From Vicinamibacterales bacterium (GTDB taxonomy: Bacteria; Acidobacteriota; Vicinamibacteria; Vicinamibacterales; UBA8438), in NCBI GenBank assembly GCA_965204675.1, contig OZ242003.1, positions 4,608,375 to 4,672,374 on the forward strand: DNA of 64,000 nt, read 5' to 3'. The position numbers were made by a program, and so were the translations under genes. Within the stretch, counting starts at the first letter, position 1. Each line of letters starts with the position of its first letter. Below the pieces are notes generated by a model, which saw only the letters and a list, made by a program, of their open reading frames with translations, searched no databases and was not told the DNA's origin. Shown in pieces: positions 37,406 through 45,636 of the stretch.

Positions 37406-38242
37406 GTGCCGGAGCTGCCGGAGGTCGAGCGGGGCCGCAGGCTCGCGGAGGCGGTGGCGGCGGGGCGGCGCATCGAGCGCGTCTGGTGCGCCGACGACCC
37501 GCTGGTATTCGACGGGGTCGCGCCGAACGAGTGGCGGGATGCGCTGGAAGGCCGGCGGGTCGAGATGGTGCGGCGCTGGGGCAAGCAGCTCTGGTTCGTC
37601 CTCGACCGCGCGCCGCATCCCCTCTTCCACTTCGGGATGGCCGGCGGGTTCAAGACCCCGGCGTCGACGCCGCTGCAGCTCAAGTCGGGGCCGCGAGAGG
37701 ACGCCGCGCTGTGGCCCCCGCGCTTCCTCAAGATCCGGATGCGCCTCGACGGCGGCGGCGAACTCGCGATGACCGACGGGCGCCGCCTCGGACGCATCCT
37801 GCTGCGCGACGACCCACAGGGCGAGCCCCCCGTCGCGAAGCTCGGCTTCGACCCCCTCCTCGCGATGCCGCCGCCGAAGCGGTTCTCCGAGCTGATCCGT
37901 GCGCGCGGCGCCAACGTGAAGTCGCTGCTGCTCGACCAGTCCTTCTCGGCCGGCGTCGGCAACTGGATCGCCGACGAGGCGCTGTACCAGGCCCGCATCG
38001 ATCCCCGGCGCCACGCCGCCTCGCTGACGGACGCGGAAGCGCGGCGCCTGCGCGCGAAGCTCGCGGCGATCGTCAAGCGCGCCGTCGCCGCCAACGCCGA
38101 CGATTCGCGCTACCCGCGCACGTGGCTCTTCCACCGCCGCTGGGGCAAGCGCGCGGACGCGCGCACGACGCGCGGCGAGCGCATCGAGCACGTGACCATC
38201 GGCGGCCGCACCACCGCGTGGGTGCCGGCGGCGCAGCACTGA
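37406..38242 (+). CDS. fpg: Formamidopyrimidine/Nei-family DNA glycosylase, zinc-less C-terminus
   Basis: GTG start gives (M)PELPEVE, the catalytic N-terminus. WGKQLW lysine and H2TH-like LLLDQSFSAGVGNWIADEALY. No CxxC pairs at the C-terminus. Confidence 0.85.
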   Translation: MPELPEVERGRRLAEAVAAGRRIERVWCADDPLVFDGVAPNEWRDALEGRRVEMVRRWGKQLWFVLDRAPHPLFHFGMAGGFKTPASTPLQLKSGPREDAALWPPRFLKIRMRLDGGGELAMTDGRRLGRILLRDDPQGEPPVAKLGFDPLLAMPPPKRFSELIRARGANVKSLLLDQSFSAGVGNWIADEALYQARIDPRRHAASLTDAEARRLRAKLAAIVKRAVAANADDSRYPRTWLFHRRWGKRADARTTRGERIEHVTIGGRTTAWVPAAQH

Positions 38243-38363
38243 CGCGGGCGCGCACCCGTCCGCCCCAACCCGGAACAGCCGCACGAACACGAAGGGCCGG
38301 GCAACGATGCCCGGCCCTCGCTCACTGCCGCCGGCGCCGCTCGGGCGCCCGCACGCGTGCGTT

Positions 38364-39374
38364 CTACTGCTCGTTGGCCAGCTCCCGCGCGCGCTCGCCG
38401 CCGAGGATGTTGGTCATGCTGTAGTTGCCCTCGTGGCAGGCGTACTCGAAGAGGTAGGGCAGCTCGTCGGCCGGGAACGTCGTGAACGGGAACTCGCCCG
38501 AGAAGCTCTGCTCCCAGTGCGTGGGGTCCTCGACCGTGAACTCGTAGTGCACCGTGCCGGGACCGGTACGCGTGAAGCGCTCGGTGACGGTGATGGTGTC
38601 GTCGTCCCGCCCGTTGGCCATGCGCAGCAGGACCGGGTCGCCGCCCACCGCCCCCGCGTTCGCCTCGGTGCGCCGCAGGTTGGTGGTCTCGACGACGAGG
38701 CTGTCGCCCTCCCAGCGCCCCCGCGCATCGCCGTGCCACTGGCGGATGCTGGTCGGCACGTGCGCGCGCCCGTCGATGGGAATGATCCGGAAGTCGTGGA
38801 TCATCTCGACGTAGATGGCGACGTAGCCCGGCGTCTGCATGATCATGAAGTTGTTGTTGTAGGCGCTCGGCAGCATCGGCGGACCCGCCGACCATACCAG
38901 GCAGCGGTCGTTCAGCTCGAGGTCCTCCCACGAGTCGAACGGCCCCTCGACCGGGAACGCCGCGTCGTGCGCCATCTTGCGGTCGGCGGCATCCGCCGTC
39001 CGCGCCGGCAGCCGGCCGTTCGGCGGATCGGAGAGCAGGGACGTCCGGCCGGTCGGCCGCGTGCCTCCGTCGAGCCAGAAGTTGTTGTAGCCGCCGACGT
39101 TGCCCCCGGCCACGGTCCGCCGGGGCGGCGCCACCAGCAGCTCCTGGTTGCGGTCGACCCGGGCCTGCTCCTGGGCCGCCACCTCCTCGTCGGTGAGGAA
39201 CGCCTTGTCGCCCAGCGCCTCGGGGCGCTCGAGCGGCGTGATCGTCTTGTTGGTGTACGTGCCCTGCAGGTCCGGGTCGCCCCACGGCGTCCGCGGCGTA
39301 TCCTGGGCGGCGGCCGCCGCCGGCACGAGCAGGAGCGCAGCCAGAGCCGCCGCGCCGAAGCGTGTTCGAGTCAT
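38364..39374 (-). CDS. Secreted protein of an uncharacterised family (paralog 3 of 4)
   Basis: ATG at 39374 (MTRTRFGAAALAALLLVPAAAAAQ). Motifs RTSLLSDPPNGRLP, DRCLVWSAGPPM, RWEGDSLVVETTNL and FEYACHEGNY. Confidence 0.8.
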   Translation of the reverse strand: MTRTRFGAAALAALLLVPAAAAAQDTPRTPWGDPDLQGTYTNKTITPLERPEALGDKAFLTDEEVAAQEQARVDRNQELLVAPPRRTVAGGNVGGYNNFWLDGGTRPTGRTSLLSDPPNGRLPARTADAADRKMAHDAAFPVEGPFDSWEDLELNDRCLVWSAGPPMLPSAYNNNFMIMQTPGYVAIYVEMIHDFRIIPIDGRAHVPTSIRQWHGDARGRWEGDSLVVETTNLRRTEANAGAVGGDPVLLRMANGRDDDTITVTERFTRTGPGTVHYEFTVEDPTHWEQSFSGEFPFTTFPADELPYLFEYACHEGNYSMTNILGGERARELANEQ

Positions 39375-39508
39375 GTGGTCCCTCCCGTCTGGTTCCTGAT
39401 CGCGCCTTCGGAGACGCGCAACGTCGCAAATGCACGCCGAATCGTCGATGCAGATTATACGCCCGGTCTCGCCCGAGCCGGACGCCCTCGCCGTCGCCCG
39501 ACGCGACT

Positions 39509-41152
39509 TCAGAGCCTGCCGTCCACCACGACGTCCAGCAGCGACGGACCCGGGTGGGCGAGCGCCTCCTCGAGGGCCGGCGTCACGTCCTCGGGCTCGA
39601 CGATCCGCCGCGAACGGAGCCCCATCGCGGCCGCCAGCCCCGCGAAGTCGACGGGCGGGTCGTCGAAGTCCATGCCGACGAAGCGCTCGACCCCGTGGCC
39701 GGCCCGCACCCGCTGCTTGAGGATGCGGTAGCCGCGGTTGTTGGCGACGACGTAGACCATCGGCAGCCGCAGGTGGGCCGCCGTCCACAGGGCCTGGATG
39801 TTGTAGAGGGCCGAGCCGTCCCCGATCACCGCCACCACCGGCCGGTCCGGCACCGCGAGCCGGATGCCCACCGCCCCGGCCACCGCGAACCCGATGCCGC
39901 CGCTGGCCAGCCCGTAGTAGCTGCGCTCGTCGCGATAGGGCCACAGCCGGGGCAGCGCCAGCGACGACGTCAGTCCCTCGTCCACCACCACCGCGTCGGC
40001 CGGCAGCGTGTCGCTCAGCAACCGCATCAGGTGGTCGGGGTGGATCGGCGCCCCCGCGCTGGGCCCCAGCGACCGGACGAAGGCCTCCCGTACCGCCGAC
40101 CAGTTCCCGGGCCGCAGCTCCTCGATGCGTTGCCGCGCCGCCGCCTCGTATCCGGCGGGACGCCGCGCCCGCAGCCGCTCGTTCAGGGCGGCGAGGGTCT
40201 CGCGGACGTCCGCCTGCACCGCCAGCTCGGTCGGGTAGTTCTTGGCGAGGTCGGCCGACCGCTCCCCCACCTGCACGACGGCCAGCCCCGGCGGCAGCGG
40301 CGCCGGCCCCGGCACCGACATGCGCAGCACGTCGGTGCCCAGACAGAGCAGCAGGTCGTGGGCGCCGAGACGCTCCGCCACGTCTCGCTGGTTGCGGCTG
40401 AGCATGCCCAGGAAGCACGGGTGCGACGATACGAACGGGGCCGCGGTGGGAATGGTGTCCTGGTAAACGCCGGCCCCGAGCAGCTCGGCCAGCTTGGCTG
40501 CCTCGGGCAGGGCCGAGCGGGTGTTCACCTCGTGCCCGACCACCATCACCGGGCGCCGGGCCGCGAGCAGGCGGTCGGCCAGCGCGTCGAGGACCGCGTC
40601 GGCGGGCCGGACGCGGGCCTCGACCCGGTTGCACCGGCCCAGGTCGACCTCGACGTCGTCGGTCAGCACGTTGCCCGGCAGGGAGATGAACACGGGCCCG
40701 GTCGGGGGCGCGAGGGCGATCTTGGCCGCGCGCCGCACGATGCGGGGCAGGTCGTCGAGCCGCGTCGCCTCCACCGCCCACTTGACGTGGGGCCGGGCCA
40801 TCGGCTCGAGCGGGGCGTAGAGCATGGGCTCGGTGAGGCCGTGCCCGACGGGGTGCTGGCCGGCGGTGACGATGACCGGCGACCCGATCCAGCTCGCGTT
40901 GAAGAGCGAGCCCACGGCGTTGCCCAGCCCCGGCGCCACGTGGAGGTTGCACGCGGCGAGGCGCCCGCTGGCGCGGGCGTAGCCGTCGGCCATGGCCACC
41001 ACCGCGGCCTCCTGGGCCCCGAGCACGTAGTCGATCTGCGGGTAGTCCGGCAGCGCCGCCATCAGCGGCAGCTCGGTGGTGCCGGGGTTGCCGAAGAGGT
41101 GGGTCACCCCCTCGTCGATCAGCAGCGACAGCAACGCGTGGCTACCGAGCAT
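39509..41152 (-). CDS. Thiamine-diphosphate-dependent enzyme (benzoylformate decarboxylase / acetolactate synthase superfamily)
   Basis: ATG at 41152 (MLGSHALLSLLIDEGVTHLFGNPG). ThDP motif IGDGSALYNIQALWTAAHLRLPMVYVVANN. Confidence 0.85.
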   Translation of the reverse strand: MLGSHALLSLLIDEGVTHLFGNPGTTELPLMAALPDYPQIDYVLGAQEAAVVAMADGYARASGRLAACNLHVAPGLGNAVGSLFNASWIGSPVIVTAGQHPVGHGLTEPMLYAPLEPMARPHVKWAVEATRLDDLPRIVRRAAKIALAPPTGPVFISLPGNVLTDDVEVDLGRCNRVEARVRPADAVLDALADRLLAARRPVMVVGHEVNTRSALPEAAKLAELLGAGVYQDTIPTAAPFVSSHPCFLGMLSRNQRDVAERLGAHDLLLCLGTDVLRMSVPGPAPLPPGLAVVQVGERSADLAKNYPTELAVQADVRETLAALNERLRARRPAGYEAAARQRIEELRPGNWSAVREAFVRSLGPSAGAPIHPDHLMRLLSDTLPADAVVVDEGLTSSLALPRLWPYRDERSYYGLASGGIGFAVAGAVGIRLAVPDRPVVAVIGDGSALYNIQALWTAAHLRLPMVYVVANNRGYRILKQRVRAGHGVERFVGMDFDDPPVDFAGLAAAMGLRSRRIVEPEDVTPALEEALAHPGPSLLDVVVDGRL

Positions 41153-41376
41153 GGCACTCGATCCGCCGGCGGTCCGGCAGGGCCACCTTCCGCCACAGCC
41201 CGGCGGCGCCGGGATGGCCGAAGCAGTGGGCCAACCCCTCGTCGGCCAGCGGCGAAAACGCGTGGCTACCGGGCATTCGGCGAAGGGGCGGGAAGGAAGA
41301 CAGGCTGCGGGGTTGGGCCAACCCCTCGACTCGCTGGGAAAGCAACGCGTGACTACCGGACATTCGGCGAGGGGTC
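41091..41376. repeat. Three degenerate copies of the first ~17 codons (plus start) of the ThDP enzyme gene
   Basis: Minus-strand start codons at 41152 (real, MLGSHALLSLLIDEGVTH), 41276 (MPGSHAFSPLADEGLAH) and 41363 (MSGSHALLSQRVEGLAQ). Spacing is 124 and 87 bp. Confidence 0.85.
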
Positions 41377-41537
41377 GGAGAAAGGCAGGCCGCGGCGTGG
41401 TACAACGCAGCCAGGAGCCCGTGGAGAACCACCGGGCTCCTAGCCCGCCCATCGTCGCCTGCGGCTCCGCTGGGCGCCCAACCAACCCTCCAGGAGTCCG
41501 CGCCGTTCTACGGCGCAGACTCCTGGCGCGAACTTTC

Positions 41538-43964
41538 CTAGACGTGGGCCATCAGCCGGTCGTGGCCGCTCGGCGCCTGCTCGAGCCGGGTCAGGATCAG
41601 GTCCCGCGTCACCGGCGTCCGGAAGAGGTCGCCGTTCTGGCCGAGCGCGTCGGCGATGGCGTTCATCACCGCCCCCGAGCCGGCGCCCTGCGCGGCCTCG
41701 CCGATGCCCTTGGCGCCCAGCGGGTTGAACGGGTCGGGCAGGTCGGCGGCGCCCCACTTCATGGGTTGCTCGTGCGGGACGTCGAGGATGCCCGGCGGCC
41801 GGTTGCTGTAGAAGCGCTTCGCCACCAGCAGCCCCCAGCGCCGGTCGAACACCCAGTTCTGGCTGAGGGTGACCGAGAAGCCCTGGATGGCCCCGCCGAA
41901 GACCTGCGCCCCGAACGTCCGGGGATGGATGATGGTGCCGGCGTCGCACCCCGCCGCGTAGTCGACGAGCCGGATGCCGCCGGTCTCCACGTCCACCTCG
42001 ACCTCGGCGAACCCGGCGACGAACGACATCCGGCGCCCGCCCTCCTCGAAGTTGTCGCGGGCCACGCCCATCAACCCCTGCCCGGCGAGGGCGGTGGCCG
42101 CGGCCGTCGTCATCCCGTTGATGTCCTCGGGCAGATCGTGGCCGTCGTAGCGGCCGCCGATGTCGATGGCCCGCTGCGCCACCCGCGCGAAGCTCAGGCC
42201 CACCGAGCGGTTGCCGGTGCGGAAGACGCGCTCGCCGCCGATGCTGTAGTCCTCGGGCACGCCCCCGAGGTCGCGGGCCGCGATCTCGCGCACCTTCTGC
42301 CGCGCGTCGAGCACCGCCGCCCAACTGGCGCGGGTGTGCGCGTGGGCGGTCGAGCTGCCCGCCTGCAACGAGCTCCACGGCAGGTGCCGGCTCGTGTCGC
42401 CCCACGCGACGTCGCACTTCTCCCAGGGCACGTCCATGCCCTCGGCGATGGGGCGCATCATGTCGAACGTCGACCCCGTGCCGAGGTTGCCGACCCCCGA
42501 CTGGATGGCGATGCGCCCGTCGGGCCGGATGACGAACAGCCCGTCGACGCCGGAGGCGCCGGCCGCGAAGGTGCTCAGCGCCACCCCGACTCCGGTCACC
42601 TTGGGGCCGTCTCGCCGCCCGCTGCGCTGCACCCGCTCGCGCCAGTCGAAGAGCTCGGCCCCCTTGTCGATGGCCTCCCGCGCGAAGGCGCTCGACACGT
42701 GCCCCTGCACGCCGTCCACGCCCGGGGCGCCGAACTTCGCCTGGCCCTCCGGCGCGTTGACCTTCAGCACGTCGACCTGGTCGAGGCCCAACTGCTTCGC
42801 CGCCTTCTGGATGATGGGCGACAGCATCGTCATCGACTGCTCGCCCCCGGGGGCGCGCTGGGCGGCACGCGGCGGCGTGTTGGTGTAGACGCCGGTGCCG
42901 CGCATGCGCATGGCCACCGGCTGATAGGCGAGCGAGCCCATGACGCCCAGGTTCATGTGGTCGCCGGACCGCGCGTAGGGGCCGTTGTCGCCGATGGCGT
43001 GGACGTCGAGGGCGGTGATCCGCCCGTCGCTCCGCATGCCGAGCCGGATGCGGGCCTGGATGCCGGGGCGGGCCTTGCCGAACGACGTCTCGTCGCGCCG
43101 GGTCACGCGCATCATGACCGGCTTGCCGATCTTCTTCGACAGCAGCATGGGGATCTGCGCCTGCACGTAGCCGGCCGCCTTGCTGCCGAAGCCGCCGCCG
43201 GTGAACTCGTTGATGAGGACCACGTTCGACGGCTCGACGCCGGCCCAGCGCGCCATCGGCCCGACGCTGCGGTTCGTGCTCTGCACCGACGGGTACACGT
43301 AGACCTTGTCGCCCTCCCAGTAGGCCATGGTGGTGCGGCTCTCGAGCGGCTGGTGCGAGAGCGACTGGTGGTAGGAATGCTCCTCGATGACGACGTCCGC
43401 GTCCGCGAACCCCGCCGCGAGGTCGCCGTACGACCACTCGTCGGTGGCCTCCGCCTCCATCGGGATCTCGCCCGGCCCGAGCCCGGCCAGGTCCGCCTCG
43501 GTCCACTTGACCTCGGCGAGCTCGCGCCCCCTCATCGTGTTGCCCTCGGTCCGGGCGTTCGGCCCCCCGGGGCGGAGGCTGTCGAGGGGATCGAGGACGA
43601 ACGGCAGCGGCTGGAGGTCGATGTCGATGAGCTCGATGGCGCGGGCCGCGGTCTCCTCGTCGACGGCGGCCACCGCGAGGATCGGCTCGCCCTCGTAGCG
43701 CGGCTCGTTGGTCAGGGCCGCCTCGTTCGGCACGTCGACCTCGGGCAGGTCGTCGGCGGTCAGGATGCCCTCGACGCCCGGCAGGACCTCGGCCGCGCCG
43801 GTGTCGATGGACACCACCCGCGCGTGGGGCATCGGGCTCACCAGCAACTTGCAGAAGACCATGCCCTCGGCCCGGTGGTCCTCGGCGTAACGGGAACGGC
43901 CGGTGACCTTCGCGTGAAGGTCCGGCAACCGGTAGTTCTTTCCGAGCAGTTTGTAGTCAGCCAC
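41538..43964 (-). CDS. XDH/aldehyde-oxidase-family molybdopterin-binding subunit, no adjacent FeS/FAD subunits
   Basis: 808 aa. MADYKLLGKNYRLPDLHAKVTGRSRYAEDH N-terminus and GGGFGSK motif, with a family-wide pattern to the C-terminus. Confidence 0.8.
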   Translation of the reverse strand: MADYKLLGKNYRLPDLHAKVTGRSRYAEDHRAEGMVFCKLLVSPMPHARVVSIDTGAAEVLPGVEGILTADDLPEVDVPNEAALTNEPRYEGEPILAVAAVDEETAARAIELIDIDLQPLPFVLDPLDSLRPGGPNARTEGNTMRGRELAEVKWTEADLAGLGPGEIPMEAEATDEWSYGDLAAGFADADVVIEEHSYHQSLSHQPLESRTTMAYWEGDKVYVYPSVQSTNRSVGPMARWAGVEPSNVVLINEFTGGGFGSKAAGYVQAQIPMLLSKKIGKPVMMRVTRRDETSFGKARPGIQARIRLGMRSDGRITALDVHAIGDNGPYARSGDHMNLGVMGSLAYQPVAMRMRGTGVYTNTPPRAAQRAPGGEQSMTMLSPIIQKAAKQLGLDQVDVLKVNAPEGQAKFGAPGVDGVQGHVSSAFAREAIDKGAELFDWRERVQRSGRRDGPKVTGVGVALSTFAAGASGVDGLFVIRPDGRIAIQSGVGNLGTGSTFDMMRPIAEGMDVPWEKCDVAWGDTSRHLPWSSLQAGSSTAHAHTRASWAAVLDARQKVREIAARDLGGVPEDYSIGGERVFRTGNRSVGLSFARVAQRAIDIGGRYDGHDLPEDINGMTTAAATALAGQGLMGVARDNFEEGGRRMSFVAGFAEVEVDVETGGIRLVDYAAGCDAGTIIHPRTFGAQVFGGAIQGFSVTLSQNWVFDRRWGLLVAKRFYSNRPPGILDVPHEQPMKWGAADLPDPFNPLGAKGIGEAAQGAGSGAVMNAIADALGQNGDLFRTPVTRDLILTRLEQAPSGHDRLMAHV

Positions 43965-44083
43965 GTCAGGCCCTCCCGGTGTTCATCCCCGCCCGGCCGG
44001 GCGGGGATCATCGCATTCTACCACCGCCGGCGGGCAGGCGATCCTGTCCCTTCTCGCGGTCGTTCACGGCGATGGGTCGCCGC

Positions 44084-44330
44084 CTGAACGGCACCATCAA
44101 GGAGGACGACCTCGTCGAGCGCGTCCTCACGTGGGTCGCCAACCCCCTGTTCGGCGACATGATCTACGACCACCACTACACCGGCTACCAGGACTTCGGC
44201 GGCGTGATGTTCCCCACCGTCATGCCGGCCGAGCGCATCCTGATCAACGCGGACCTCTTCTACTCGCCGCCCGCGCCGGGGGCCGACCCGCCCGCCGTCA
44301 CCCCCAACATGAGGAGCCTGGTCAAACTGC
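44084..44330 (+). pseudogene. Internally deleted remnant of an MBL-fold hydrolase-like gene
   Basis: LNGTIKEDDLVERVLTWVANPLFGDMIYDHHYTGYQDFGGVMFPTV resembles the pre-catalytic N-terminal region. It is joined directly to a C-terminal-type AERILINADLFYSPPAPGADPPAVTPNMRSL. The HxHxDH core is absent. Confidence 0.45.
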
Positions 44331-44423
44331 CGGCGGCTCGGGCCTCGCGCAGGTGTGTTATGTTGGTCACGGGCGCGACTCTGGACGGCCAGCTACGCCA
44401 TGAGGTCGAGCCGGGCAGAACAC

Positions 44424-45512
44424 ATGACCACCTCCGGAACCGCAATCCCCCGCTCTCCGTCGTCCAGCTCGCGTTCGGCGTCGGCACCGACGCCAGCCGA
44501 CGCAGCCGCGGCGCCAGCGCCCGAGGCCGACGCCACTGCATCGCCGACGCTCGACGCCAGCGAGTTCCCCGGCTGCCGCGCGGTGCGCATCTCCCGCGAG
44601 GCGATCGACGACTACGGACGCGTCGAGTACTGGGACGCCGCCACCGAGATCGCGATGGTGTGCGACGGCGTCAGCGTCTACCACGAGCATCCGTCGCAAC
44701 GCGTGGCTCACATGGCCACCTTGATCGCGGTGACGCGAGGCTCGCCCATCGAGACCTTCGGCCACGCCGACCTGCTGTTGCGGGACGAACACGGTGAGCG
44801 GCGGCGCATCATGCAGGCGGACCAGACCGTGTACCTCCACCCCGAGCGCGACCGCCCCGCCGGCTCCGCCATGGTGGTGGGCGAGGACACCCTGCCGGAC
44901 GTGATCGTGGAGGTCGATCACACCACGGACGTTCGCCGCCGCAAGCTGGCGCTGTACGAGTCGTGGGGACTCCCCGAGGTGTGGGTGGAGGTGCCGGACG
45001 CCGATTCGCCCAGCCGGGCGGCGAGCCGCGAGCCGGGCGTGACGATCCACGTTCTGCACCCGGACGGCCTCTACCGCCAATCGGCCGAGAGCCGCGCGTT
45101 CCCCGGGTGGACGGCGGCGGAGATTCACCGGTCCATGAACGAAGCGACGTTGTCGATGGAAACCATGGCCGTCCTCGATCGGGTCGCCCGAGCGCTGCGC
45201 GACCAGGACGGCGCCGAAACCGGCGACGCACCCTTCCTCCACCGAATGCGAGCGGAAGGCCTCGCCGCGGGCCGGGCGGAAGGCCTCGCCGCGGGACGGG
45301 CGGAAGGCCGGGCGGAAAGCCTCGCCGAGCAACGGACCCTGCTCTGCCGGCGGGCGGCGCGCCGCTTCGGCGCCGAGACGGCGGAACGGCTGGCCGTTCT
45401 GATCGCCGCCGTGGACGACCCGGACCACCTGGCCGACATCGGCGAGTGGATCGTCACCTGCGCTTCGGGCTCCGCGCTACTGGACCGCTGCTCGCGCAGG
45501 CGGCCGTCCTGA
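44424..45512 (+). CDS. Uma2-family (DUF820) PD-(D/E)XK endonuclease with an Rpn/DUF4351-like C-terminal tail
   Basis: ATG at 44424. Uma2 core LPDVIVEVDHTTDVRRRKLALYESWGLPEVWVEV. The C-terminus has a tandem AEGLAAGR repeat (24-bp units from 45252) followed by LLCRRAARRFGAETAERLAVLIAAVDDPDHLADIGEWI. Confidence 0.7.
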   Translation: MTTSGTAIPRSPSSSSRSASAPTPADAAAAPAPEADATASPTLDASEFPGCRAVRISREAIDDYGRVEYWDAATEIAMVCDGVSVYHEHPSQRVAHMATLIAVTRGSPIETFGHADLLLRDEHGERRRIMQADQTVYLHPERDRPAGSAMVVGEDTLPDVIVEVDHTTDVRRRKLALYESWGLPEVWVEVPDADSPSRAASREPGVTIHVLHPDGLYRQSAESRAFPGWTAAEIHRSMNEATLSMETMAVLDRVARALRDQDGAETGDAPFLHRMRAEGLAAGRAEGLAAGRAEGRAESLAEQRTLLCRRAARRFGAETAERLAVLIAAVDDPDHLADIGEWIVTCASGSALLDRCSRRRPS

Positions 45513-45636
45513 GACCCGCTTTGCCTTCAGACCGCGTGAGCGGCCATTGCCTCCTCAAGTGTGGCAAACCCCGCGGTCGAGTCGCGGCCACGACACCGAG
45601 CCGCAGATCCTGTCGCGGCCGGACGGCAGTCGACGC

